Positions 13,747 to 25,933 of a stretch of DNA of 64,000 bases are shown one piece after another. A program made the translations under genes and the position numbers. Source of the DNA: Lytechinus pictus (taxonomy: Eukaryota); assembly GCF_037042905.1 (NCBI RefSeq), contig NC_087251.1, positions 46,068,001 through 46,132,000 on the forward strand, read 5' to 3'. Positions within the stretch are counted from its first letter, which is position 1. Each line of letters opens with the position of its first letter. The notes beneath the pieces were generated by a model. That model was not told the DNA's origin. It made no database searches and saw only the letters and a program-made list of their open reading frames with translations.

Positions 13747-14680
13747 CTTAGATGTGCAAAAATAACAAAGAAAACTAAATTTAACACCAAAATAAAAGTT
13801 TCAAACAGTGGAAAAAGTCCACACAAATCACGGAAGACATGATGAATTGAATGATCTATAAAGACGAAATGAGAGGCATTTTTCTTGCAAAGATTTGTAT
13901 CTTTAAGGCCAACTTCATTAAACAGTTAATGGTAAACATATCAACAGGTACAAAAATACATTTTACATGAAATATAATATTCCAAAAGCTGGTTTATTTC
14001 AGCAATTGAATAAACCAAAATTCATTGAACAAAATAGGATTTGCCTGGTTGCCCCCACCCCTTTGGACATTCACAGTAAGAAATTTATCTGAACTGGGGA
14101 ACTAGTGACCAATTATCAAAGGGGCATTGATTTGCCCCCCCCCCCCTCCTCGCCCTTTTCCTCAAGTCAAGCTGAAGATATTCAAGGATAATGACACAGA
14201 GATGACAATCAAATGTCTTCATGTAATCTAAATATTTACTGCAATTTTCAGGGCAGTTCAACTTGAAGAAACCTAGATCATTTTTCCATTTTTCCATTCT
14301 AAAACCATTTCCTTGAAACAAATGACATGTCATAAACTTATAAACAACCACTCAACTGGAAAGGATTTTGCTTCCAGCCCTGTCATGGCATGAATATAAG
14401 ACCCCATTCTCATTGATATTATGGGCTACCTCTGGTCGTGATTGGAACCAAAAACCTGCTTCATACACAAAGAAATGGTCTGCTTCTAAAGGTCCTGCTA
14501 ACAACGACTGTGACAGTGCATTTAGCACCGCATTCACGATTACACGCGTTCACATCTCAAGATAGTCCCACACGTTCAATTCTACCCAGCCAAGTTATAA
14601 GGGAAAAGAGACTTCTCAGGCTACTTTCTGAAGAACTAGATCTGTCCATTTGAATCAGTATCACATCAACACAAAATAGA

Positions 14681-14785
14681 GGTGTTGTGGCCTAGTGGAT
14701 AAATCCCTGTACTTTGAACCACAAGGTCCCAGGTTCAAATCCCAACGCAGCGCTCGCAGCCTTTGACAAGGCACTCTATACAATC
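14681..14785 (+). mobile_element. tRNA-derived SINE (5' part)
   Basis: Box A tggcctagtgg and box B ggttcaaatccc, followed by cctttgacaaggcact. Confidence 0.65.
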
Positions 14786-15219
14786 AACAGAATGGGCGAT
14801 GTGGCATTCACATCGCAAACATAATGCAATTAGCACAAGCTGGATCATACCAATGGGTGTGGTGTGAACAGGGTTTTGGGGAAGGACGTGCCACATGGAG
14901 GACCCACGCTGCCACCAGAACACCCAAACAAACAGTGACGGACAAGGTGTGAGGGTGACAGACATACCAACACGCTCTTGTACTCCCACAGCCGCAGGGC
15001 TGGGGGAGAGGGTGCACTGTGCAGGGATGGGTGATTCAGAGATGCATTCACTTGAAGCAATTAGTATGTTCATGCTTGAAGAGAACATGTATCAGAATGT
15101 CAGAAACGCAACATAGCCCCTGAAAATGATTTGTCACTGATGGAGAAAATTGCTATATTAGGCAGTTTTTGCATAATGCTATAGGCCTACAGATGATTCA
15201 AGAATAGAGAAACAACCAA

Positions 15220-15360
15220 GAAGTCTTTGTCAAAAATTGGTGAATCAAAACGGCAGTGTAGTCCTCAACTCTGGCAAAATGGCATACATTCAATTTCTCA
15301 TCAGCTCCAACAATAGGAAGAAACATCTGTTCTGATTCACCAATTTTTGACAAAGACTTT
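15220..15360. repeat. Inverted repeat / MITE core
   Basis: aagtctttgtcaaaaattggtgaatca ... tgattcaccaatttttgacaaagactt, a perfect inverted pair. Confidence 0.7.
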
Positions 15361-16091
15361 GGAGCTGTTCTTTGTCCTTTTCAATACATTTACTGTGTTC
15401 TCGAATCCTCCGTACTTCGCGGAGCGAGAACTATCAATTGACAACTGTTTTTTAAAAACTTTCTCAAGGATCTTTCCTCCTTATATATGATCACTTAAAG
15501 ATATTATAGGTCTATGTCTTAGCAATGAGGTTCCACTTTGGCCTTCAATTGCCAATTTGAATGTAGTAAGCATGGTATTCTTGATGACAGCAGCCATTTT
15601 CACATTTTATCATTCTTGTATCTTGTTCACTGATTTCCTAGAAAGGAGTCATTGGACACCAGTAACACCCAAGTCACACCAACGAAAGAAACTCCAGTCT
15701 GATCAAATCTATCACGTTATTTTCATTTACATATCACTGGTCGGTTTAGGGCCGATCACACTGGTGTGACTGCAGAGCAAGGCCCTGTAGGTCAGAGGGT
15801 TGCCTTCAATTTCCATAAAGAAGCAATTAACATATCTCTTTCCATGCAATAGTCGGTAGATGTAAACTTTTGCTTGAACAAAACTGCCTTTGGGTGGAAG
15901 TGATATCAACGAGAATGATATTGGTGTTTAGGCTTGAGGGGAGCATTGAGAAAGATGTTACAAAAAAAGATTGATGTATCAGATAAACATCAACTTCAAG
16001 TCACCCTCAAGTTTCAGCATTGAATTTCGGCTTGTCTCAATTTGTCCCAGTGTAAAGTACTTGCATACATCTCTTAAGTGTATCGCGTAGA

Positions 16092-16232
16092 AGGGTCTTG
16101 TGGATAAGCCCACTGGCCATGAACCTCAAAGTCCAAGGTTCAAACCCACCTAAGCATGATATTCCTTTGGCAAGATACATGCATGCATTCATCTACATTT
16201 GCCACTCCTCACCCAGGCTATGAATGGGAACT
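16092..16232 (+). mobile_element. tRNA-derived SINE, diverged
   Basis: gtggataag ... ggttcaaaccc ... cctttggcaag ... cactcctcacccagg..tgaatgggaac; related to the copy at 47840-48070. Confidence 0.6.
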
Positions 16233-16731
16233 CAACCAAAGACTACAAATATGCCTCAACAGCATATCCATGGATAACAACTTTTCTTGACACTTAATTC
16301 CTAAATCACACCATGACAGGCAATATCAATACCATATCATATTTGTGTATTTATTAGTTATCTTTATTATTGTTTGAATGATTTGTTATGCCATTATTAC
16401 ATTGTAAATTCATTGCATTTTGGCATTTGCCACAATGATTATCTGATTTCTATCAATAAACCATTTATCATCTGTTGATTTATCAAGTATTATCTGTTGA
16501 TAAGCTGTACTTTTTCTAATGTAAAATAATAATGTGTATGCTGCTTTTTTTTTCTTTTCTTATTTATTTATTCTGTTATAAATTTAAATTACTTGTATTA
16601 ATTATATGTGATTTGTTATACAAAATTATGAAAACCCAATAAAAACTTTAAAAAAAAAATCATTTATCTATCTATCTATCTATCGATCTATCTATATATA
16701 TATATCTATCAATCTATAAGATTGATTTTAA

Positions 16732-18252
16732 AGGTCAAGTCCACCTCAGGAAAATGCTGACTTGAATAAATAGAGAAAATTCAAACTTGCATAATGCTGA
16801 AAATTTCATCAAAATCGGATGTAGAATAAGAAAGTTTTGACATTTTAAAGTTTCGCTTATTTTTTACAAAACAGTGATATACACAACAAGGTTAGTCAGT
16901 CGATGATGTCAATCACTCACTATTTCGTTTGTTTTTTATTGTTTGAATTATACAATATTTCATTTTCTATAGATTTGACAATAAGGACCAACTTGACTGA
17001 ACCATATAGTATTAAGGACGTTCCACAGTTATGTTTGTGCGCATTATGATCTGCGCATAGTTTACACTCTGCGCGCTGACGTCACAATGAAAGAACAGGT
17101 GACTAATTAGCTGCGGGTATGAGCTGATTTTTCTCATCTTCTGCACTTTAACTGCAGATCCGATGCGTTATTTCATGAAGCTAAAATATGGAATTATTCC
17201 ATGGACCATTCAAAAAAAAAATTCTCTACAATATCAAAATACTTTACTCTGCAGTGCTGCCAAGAATCACGAATATTACCCCGAGTTTGAATAAATGGTA
17301 GAGTGGTTTTGATTTTTTCTTCACATTGATACAAAGCATTCGGCGCATTTTTGGTGTTTTAAAAAGCATATTTGCTCTAATAAAAATGCTGATAGTTTAA
17401 AAACAAGCACATGAACCCCTATTTTTTAATGTTTGTACCTCTTAGGTATACCTTCCTCTACAACTCTGCAAATTTTGGTGAAAATGACATGGATTTTGAA
17501 TAAAGTACAGCATTTATTGTACGTTTGTAGTTTGTTACTGAAATTTTACATTTTTTAGATTGGGATTTTGTTATCTTTTACGCCATTTTTAAGAACTGAC
17601 AGTGCTGTTAAACTTAAAATTGCAAACAAATAGCACTATTAATAGATTCTCCATTCTAACGATACAATTATTAACTCTCTTGCGAAATTTCATGACTTTT
17701 TCATGTATTTTGACTGAGTAATAGAGGTTTAAACTCATTGTAGTAATCTTGGGCGGTCTAAAAATGCTAAATTCTTTTGAATGAGCAATTCTTAAGAACA
17801 TCAATTTGGGTGAACTTTGAAGCTCTAGAGCAAAAAATCAAGCACATGGACCTATGTTAATTTTTGCATATTTCGAATATTAAGGTTCTATGTGCAAAGT
17901 TTGGTGAAAATGACATGGATTTCACTTTAACTGTGGAACGTCCTTAAACAAAGCTAATTCCACATGTTCAGGGAGGAATTAATCGTTGTATCACTTGACA
18001 ATGAGAAAATTAGAATATTTCATATTTCCTATAATAAAATACAAAAGAAATAGTGAGTGGATGACATCATCAGTCTCCTCATTTGCATACAGACCAGGAT
18101 GTGCATATAACTGTTTTTTTAAATTAAGCGAAACTTTAAAATGTCATAACTTTCTTATTTTACATCCGATTTTGATGAAATTTTCAGTGTTATGCTTGTT
18201 GATTTTTTCTCTTTTTATTCAAATCAACTTTTTGTTGGGGTGGACTTGTCCT
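16732..18252. mobile_element. TTAA-target non-autonomous DNA transposon (Kolobok-like AG..CT termini), interrupted by a nested element
   Basis: TTAA|AGGTCAAGTCCACC ... GGTGGACTTGTCCT|TTAA; colinear with the copies at 52716 and 63401 except for a 928-bp insert. Confidence 0.88.
17016..17943. mobile_element. Nested TTAA-target non-autonomous DNA transposon (GG..CC termini)
   Basis: TTAA|GGACGTTCCACAGTTA ... TAACTGTGGAACGTCC|TTAA; empty site tagtattaaacaa is seen in the copy near 53000. Confidence 0.9.
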
Positions 18253-19331
18253 TTAAGTGCCTATATCACCCTGTCTGAAGAGATTTATAAATGAAAAGTG
18301 ACAAATCGGTCCATTATGTCAGTGTTCACTCAATGGCAACTGATAAAAAAAAATCACTGAATATGTGAGATGGAGGTCTCACGTATTAATATGCTGATCA
18401 AAAGTTAGATATGCTGATTGATTAGGTGCACGATAGTACTTTTTAACCTCTCATGCTATGTATTAGACAAAGAAATCCATTGTATAAACACCAATCAGTA
18501 TCATCCCACCAAAATAAATTAATGGAAAATGGAAGATCATGAAGGTCACGGGACGCCATTCGGCGGCGATATGCGTTATACAAGCATTTTGATATAATTA
18601 TCATTAAATCTCAATCAGAGTTAAGCTTATACAGGATTTGCATCTACTCGCTAGCAGGATTTTCGCAATTAGGCAAATGGATTTCACCTACAATATAATC
18701 CTCATTAATCCAAATTGGATTTGACAAATACCACAATTAAGACAACATATACATTGTGAACATATATACACTGTATTCATTTTCAGCCAATATAAGTGAC
18801 AAAGCTTATAAGCTTTGTAGATTGGCAGAAAATGAATAAAAGCAAGCTTATACGACTTCAGTTGCAATAACGAAAGCAGTTGTCTTTTTATTTTATGGTC
18901 TGTGAAGAAACAGAATGAGTGTCCAACTTCAAGGTTTTATTTAATTCAAACCATATCTATGGTTACATATAAAGGTTTGTGCATCATTGTTATCTAGATT
19001 ATAATAATAAAAATGAATTTGATTTTTGCTTGAAAGACTACAACCTTTTAAAAAAAAACAGTTAAAATTGATTCATGTATATGTTTTGTAGTAATCAACA
19101 TAAAATAATAAATACTGAAAAATTAAATAATCAGATTTGGGGGATTTATTATGAAATAAAAAGGATATCAACAGGCAAAATATCATTCCATTCCAAATTT
19201 TAAAAAGTACATTCATCGTATGCACAAATAAGAGAAACAAAAGTTCAGACAATAGCAATCAGAATACTGTGGTGAGGTATGAGGAGAAGTCAAATTATAT
19301 AAGGCCTAAATCGAAACCAGGAGACACTCAC

Positions 19332-19488
19332 GTTTCATCTCTTTGAAGTTGAGCCTCTCTATTGACTGAATGGCAGAGGCGCTATCTAGGGTCAGGTCAA
19401 ACTCGGGTGCAACCCTCGCCTGGAGGAGAAGTTCCTTGTCCCAGGACTCCTCCGACATATGCGCCCGTTGGACCAGTGCTCCAGAGAC
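19332..19488 (-). CDS. TRIM9: TRIM9/67-like exon, COS box region (VSGALVQRAHMSEESWDKELLLQARVAPEFDLTLDSASAIQSIERLNFKEMK)
   Basis: 157 nt, cttccatcgcag|GTC...AAAC|gtgagt. The EFDLTLD...I..LNF motif is the COS box; phase 0 to 1. Confidence 0.93.
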
Positions 19489-19539
19489 CTGCGATGGAAG
19501 AACATGGGATGGACGTTGATTGGATCGGGGCATCCTCAA

Positions 19540-20200
19540 ATGATGATGGTGTTGAACATTGATAATAACGATGAAGTGGATTGCAATTATGATAAAGAAT
19601 GGTAATGATAAAATAGATCATTACAATGATGAAAAGGATGATGACATTGAAGAAAGGGATGATGGCATTGATGAAAGGGATGATGACATTGAAGAAAGGG
19701 ATGATGGCATTGATGAAAAGGATGATGATCATGATGATGATGGTGAATGATGACAATGATGAAAAGGATGACATTGATGAAAAGGAAGATGATAATAATA
19801 ATGATGATAGTGTATGATTGTGATGAATGATGGCAGTTATGTTGCTGGTGAAAATGATACTGATGCTGCTGATGTTGAAGAATATTGGGAAATAAAGAAA
19901 TTGGAGCAGGAGGAGAAAGCGGAAAAGGAGAATGAACTTGTTTTTAATACTAATGATCATTGTTTTGATATGGATGCTGATGTTAATGACGATGATGATG
20001 ATGGTGGTGGTATCGGTGATAACGTTCATGATAATGGTGTTTGTTATGATGGAGATGAGGTCCATTTTGATGATGACGATGACGTCGTTTTTTGTTGTTG
20101 ATGATGATGATGATAGTGATGACATTGATGATGATGACGATGATGACAATGTGGATGTTGATGAGGATGATGTTGACGAGGATGATGAAAACAATGACAC
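19540..20200. repeat. (GAT)n-derived low-complexity tract with 21-bp subrepeats
   Basis: gatgatgacattgaagaaagg / gatgatggcattgatgaaagg units in a long imperfect GAT array. Confidence 0.9.
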
Positions 20201-21334
20201 TATAAACAATTGCATACTTTTTGTCCAAATATTGCGACTAGTTTATCAGCCAAGTCAAAATATTGTGATGGTTATACAGTCCATTCAAAATAATTACAGA
20301 CATCCATAGTGTCTCACAAACTACTTCTTGTAATTTGTGATGGAGAATTCACTAATGCCTAGAAAATCTTCTTATGTTTTGAATATGCGAACTAAATACG
20401 TCATGCAATGGTTTCTTACAAAAATCCATTGAGCGTATGACTATAGAACTGATGTAACATGTTTTTTATAGAAAAAGCATTGACATAGAAAGATAATAGA
20501 TTAGCTGGAAAATAGCTGGAAAAAGAGCCTGAAGTCTAACTTGTAGCGGCAAGTGGCATTTCAAAAGAGTCTCGGCTAGGAGTGATGGGGGAAGGGTGTG
20601 TGGAGTAAGAGATGCAGAGAGAGAAGAAGGGAGAATTGGAGGACACTAGATCTAACTTAAGCGAGGAAATGTGAGTGATGCCTTTTGTTTCCCCACGATG
20701 ACTCATCTTGTTCGTAATACTGGTATCCATAACAACGGATGATATTCTGGGTTTGGACAGCATGCCGTTTTCCAAAGAATAGATCTCGTTTCTCATCCAA
20801 AACAAGCTTTCAGCGGTGTCACTGGCAAACTCGAGATCAGTGAAAGATATTAATTTTTAACTTGGTAATTGGTTGATATACACTTTACTTGACTTGTATG
20901 ATATTCATTTCTAGGACACGGGATAAAGCATGTAGTACTATGGAAATCCATTATGGCAAGTAATTCATGAATGATAAATGACTTTTTACATCAGGATTTT
21001 AGTTAAATGCGTGGATTTGCAATTAGCTTGCTATTTAGGTTTCATACTCACACAAATGTGATTATGACAAATTATCAATCACGTAAATCAAGCCTATGAT
21101 ATCAAAATTGGTACAAGAAGAATCATGTTTTAATAGATGAAAGAAACCATGAAGTTTTAATGAACCAAAATGAATTTAAAAATCTGAGAATTTTGGTTTT
21201 GGCAGAGTATTACAACATTCATAATGTTATGTTGCTCCACTTAGACACTAAATAGTGCTTGTGTTACACTCTTAACTCTTTCATAAAAATATATATTTTG
21301 AGTCATGTGTGTCCAGTCATCAGAGGGGGTATTA

Positions 21335-21780
21335 ACAAAGATACTACAAGGGGAAGATCGGATACTTCGGTGATTTTTTGAAACGCTCGATTAATGCTCA
21401 TGGTGAAGGGCGCCCACTAGCGTTGAGTAGGTAAACCATCGCACATCAGCACGCGAGTGTGTATGAAACATATGGGGAAAATGAGAGAGGGGATTTTGGA
21501 GGCACAGGGGAATAACTCCACCTTTTATTACCCAGAAACCTCTGAAATATATTCATCTTTAATTTAAGAAAAAAAAGGAATAAAAACAATTTTAAAATGT
21601 AAGAATCGTCTATTCGTGCATCCCTTCACCATTTCTCTCATATATTTTTGTACACAACCATATCACAATACGCAAAGGTAAAAAAAGGTCGTTACTTACT
21701 CAACGCTGTGGGGCGCTCTTCCCGAGCGTTTCATTACGCGCTCTATGTACTGTCCGATCTTCCCTTTGTAGTATCTTTGG
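21335..21780. mobile_element. MITE
   Basis: caaagatactacaaggggaagatcgga ... tccgatcttccctttgtagtatctttg, plus sub-terminal inverted agcgttgagtag / tactcaacgct; tatta on both flanks. Confidence 0.8.
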
Positions 21781-21944
21781 TATTAATTAATATGCACATT
21801 ATATAGCCTCTGGCATGGGGATTATGATTTCTGTTTTGGGGTCTATTTTCTTAATTCTGTTCATTTCAAATTCCATTTTACATCAGAGAAAAAAGCAATT
21901 TCTAATAATGGACCAAATTTGCAAATATAGGATTTTTCTTTCAT

Positions 21945-22235
21945 TTTGAGGGCGAACTGCCAAATACCCCATGTATCTAAAAATTACAATGATCAATCTT
22001 TTTACACTCTTGAGGGCAAATTGAGGGCTAACACCGTCGTGCATATTCTAATATCATAATTACTAATTTTTTACATTTTGAGGGCAAGTCGCCCAAAGCC
22101 CCCATGTATTTTGATATTATAAATATCAATTTTTGGGGGGAGAGTTGCCCAGTGCCCCCATGTATTCTGATATCATCAGTATTCAATTTTTGATGGCGAA
22201 TTGCCCAGCCGTCTCTTTATATTCTAATATAATAA
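21945..22235. repeat. Imperfect ~60-bp tandem repeat
   Basis: Repeated ttttgagggc(g/a)aa.tgcc...ccccatgtat...taatat. Confidence 0.7.
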
Positions 22236-22246
22236 TCATTACTTAC

Positions 22247-22387
22247 CATGAGGAAAGCTGCAGGATCACCTTCCTTCATCACTTCTATACTGTATTCCAG
22301 GAGTCCCGTCGTCTGCTTCAGTTTCCCACTGCACTGCCCAATATGGTTCTTTAACATCTTCGTCTTGAACTCCTTCTCTCGATGAAC
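22247..22387 (-). CDS. TRIM9: TRIM9/67-like exon, coiled coil (VHREKEFKTKMLKNHIGQCSGKLKQTTGLLEYSIEVMKEGDPAAFLM)
   Basis: 141 nt, ctattctag|GTT...ATG|gtaagt. KL.QTTGL.EY..EV.KE.DP..FL is conserved in TRIM9/67. Confidence 0.94.
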
Positions 22388-22599
22388 CTAGAATAGTGAG
22401 AGGAAGAAGATTAATACAATAGGTGATGAAATAAACATCCAGAATCCCTTACAATGGATAATTATATAAACATCATGATCATTGCAGTGGAAGACAATAT
22501 AGCTCTTAACATCTTCGTCTTGAACTCCTTCTCTCGATGGAGCTAGGTATAGTGAGATTAAGAAGATTAATACAATGGATGATTACATAAACATCCTTG

Positions 22600-22840
22600 G
22601 TCCCTGTTTTACAAAGAGTAGTGATTGATGCGATCAAAGTTGACTAGTGAAATCCATCAATGTCATAATTTTTCATACACAAAATTTGCACAATGTCCCT
22701 GTGTTAACAAAGCGGAGGACATTGAATTGTCAGGACAATGATGTATGAATGAATATACATCATATTGTTAACAGACTATGTTGACGTTGCAGGTTTCCAT
22801 AGTAGATCGGATCAATCATAACTCTTTGTAAAGATGGGCT
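22600..22840. mobile_element. MITE
   Basis: ccctgttttacaaagagtagtgattgatgcgatc ... gatcggatcaatcataactctttgtaaagatggg. Confidence 0.65.
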
Positions 22841-22969
22841 CTTGATCGTCCACTGGCATTGACAAGGGTTTAAACAACTTGATAATGTAGGGGGGTAGCA
22901 ACTACTCACATAGTATTAATACTCTGCCTTAAAATCTAGAGACAAGGCGGTATAGATGCTTATTGTTAT

Positions 22970-23208
22970 ACACTATAAATTGCACAGATTTAAATTAAAT
23001 GTAGGTGGACTGTAGTTAGGAACCAATCAAACTTTTGATTTGTTTTACTCCTTAAAAAAAATTAATGTTTTTTAAATCTCAAAGGATTTGAATTCAAATC
23101 CTCATGATTTAAAAGTAAAGTTTTAGGATTAAAAATAAATCCAGAATTTGATTGGTCTGTAACTACAGTTGACCTGGATTTAATTTAAATCCCTGCAAAT
23201 TAGAGTGT
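22970..23208. mobile_element. AT-rich MITE (CAC..GTG termini)
   Basis: tacactataaattgcacagatttaaattaaat ... atttaatttaaatccctgcaaattagagtgt. Confidence 0.65.
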
Positions 23209-24321
23209 CATTATCATCATTAATGTGTACAGGGATGAGAAGCTGTAATAGGTAATAGGTACGTTTTCTTCGGAAGTAGATTTCGAATCTCTATTTTGAA
23301 CTATATCTGACATGGGCCAATGGCCTCAATTGAGATATGATTATGGATGCACTATTCAACTCCCGAGCATGAAAAATATGAATCATTTGCAACTGAACAC
23401 CAGTAAATGTTTTAGCTTGTAACCTCTTTGACATATTAAACCAGGGAGTTGGGAGTAAACTCCCTGACATAATGGTGCAAATTTCAAATGATCACATTTT
23501 AGGCAGTAGAATGATTGATATGGGGCTACTTCAAGCATAAATTTAAAATATCCATGAATTTCCATGAGTATTGTAATTCTATAGCCATGAACTCAATTTC
23601 GGCAGGTAAGTGGAATAGTTTAGGGAGAAAGGGCAAAACTATTTCTGTCATAGAAATCTACATTATTTTTCTCAGAATTATTTTCAACAGTGTTTTTAGA
23701 TTTCTACCCCAAAAATTAATACCGTCACATAAGCTTTAGAAGTATACATTTGTAGTACATGTACATTTGTAATGTGGCCCAGCACAAGAAATCATTCATT
23801 CTTTCCTTTGACCATGAACGGCTATCAAGTAATAATGCACACTATTAATATTTCAATCTATCATGAACCTATACTACATCGAAAGTATCAAAATAATCCA
23901 TCTAAAACCACTCTCTTGAGTGATACACATCGAGGGGGAAAATATTGGGACACTCTTAAAAACCAACATGCAAGGAACCCTTCCTATTAACTATCAAAAA
24001 TAGAAATAGAGGGTGAACTTGGAGAACATAATACGCCAATCACAAATCGTGTCAGATCAAATCAGGCTGCAGACCATCGAGCCGCGAGAACTGGAATAAC
24101 GGAGGGGTTGAAAGCCGTGGAAATCGATGACGTGCGGACGGGATTCGTTCCGAGCAGAAAGCTTAAAACGGCTAAATGGTAATGGTAGGAGTGCTCTGAT
24201 GAGAGACATCACCAATGAGAGACTTGAACATTTGTAAACAACTTCACAATACCTCACTATAATACACTCAAGATGTGTCTACCACCAGTGTTGGTATCTT
24301 GGGTTCAAAATATTATGCATA

Positions 24322-25113
24322 AGGGCAATTCTTTACGTTGGTGGACATGAGCTCAATGTGTCTTGTACTGTATATAGCCCATCTGAACTGTACATTTTAA
24401 TTGTGTTTGCCTTACTTATAATACTTATTGCTGGTTCTTTAATTGATGTTGAGGGCTTGAGGCAAGAAATGGAATGCATTTTTTAAAACATTTTTTGATT
24501 TACACAGCCCAAGCCAGATCCCGTACAGTTTAGTGAATACATTACCAATATACTGACCAATAAGGAAGAGAGAGGAGGAAACTTATTCATTTATTTATTT
24601 CACCTTTAAACATAAACTGTTGTCTGAAATCCTACTCATAATATTACAGAAACAGAAACATGAATCTTACACACATTATTGAATTTTTAGTGACATTTAT
24701 GTTGTTGACCATACATGGACAAAATGTAACGTGAGTAACCACTTTATCTGCACCCCTAGTAAAAACCATGTGTTCTTTATTTTTTTAATTATATACAAAG
24801 TTTTTCTCCCTAATATACTTCTTTGAAATGGATATAATCAACTTTCATAAAAGTATGAGGACACTTTTCACTTATGTCGACTTTTCATTTTATGCATGTC
24901 CAAATCATGTAACATGAGTAACCGACACATTTCAAAGATTTGCCGGGAGCATAATAAAATTTCCCAAGTTTTGTTTTTATACAAAGGATAGTCAGACTGC
25001 GTACTTTGTTGTGATAAAGAGATGTTTAGTTCCTATCAATGATAATGGAGTTACAGCTCCAAGTATGAGTCAAGGTGTTTCCAAATGTAACGTGGGTAAC
25101 CGTGGAATAGCCC
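24322..25113. mobile_element. Probable non-autonomous DNA transposon (GGGC..GCCC ends)
   Basis: gggcaattctttacgtt ... ccgtggaatagccc; internal repeats atgtaac(g/a)tg(a/g)gtaacc x3. Confidence 0.5.
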
Positions 25114-25933
25114 ATAACATCTTCACAGAGCTACTTGAATATGTTGCAATAAATGCCCTCTAATTTCATATTTACTTCTCTTTCATAAAGGTATTTCCCC
25201 GGAAGTCATGTGTTGTAGTGATTGCCTTGTCTTTTTTTTTTACTTCGTCTTCATACTGGTATTTACTGTAAGTTGTTTGTTTTTGTCCTCTTATTATACT
25301 TCTTCATAGAGCCAATGTGCTGTAAGTCATATGGTGTATTAAGAGTATAGGACTGTTACCAAGTAGTTATGTTGTTATGTTGTTATACCGAGGTTTTTAC
25401 CTAACTATGATGCAGGAGATGTCCATTCATTTATCTTTGATTTTTTTTCTTCAAAATTTGAAACATTCCAATGATAGTCAATTAACTCAGTAAATCAAGA
25501 AATTGGAAGACCCCCCTCCCACAATATTATATTCATCAAAAAAGAGAAACAAGAATGAGAATTCAAATGAAGCTGCACAGTCACTGCTATTTGCTAAAAG
25601 TACATTTGAAATATAAATCTGTAGTGTTACACATTACTCAATACGAAATTGTTTAAAAGAATTGTTCTCACTTGTACATGTACTTAGGGAACACAATATA
25701 TAGTCAGATGGAAATTAAAAAAATCATACAATGTATGAAACTCATATCAGAATTTCTCCTCTCTTGTTTTTTAGGTTCAATTTTCAAAACATCATCACAA
25801 TGCTAAATAAGATCCCAATAGGGAAAAGGCACAACCTGAACTACCATCAAGTATTAAAGTCCACCTACTCCACGTCTGATCACTTTAAGTTCCTTATTTT
25901 CTTCATGACCAACCATATCCTATCTACAGTATA

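Noticed and set aside
17986..18294. ORF near-identical to 53136-53339 (KLSETLKCHNFLILHPILMKFSVLCL)
   Set aside because: Chance frame in the subterminal repeat of a multi-copy non-autonomous transposon.
19397..20309. Long Ser/Ile-, Asp- and Met-rich ORFs on both strands
   Set aside because: Translations of the (GAT)n low-complexity tract.
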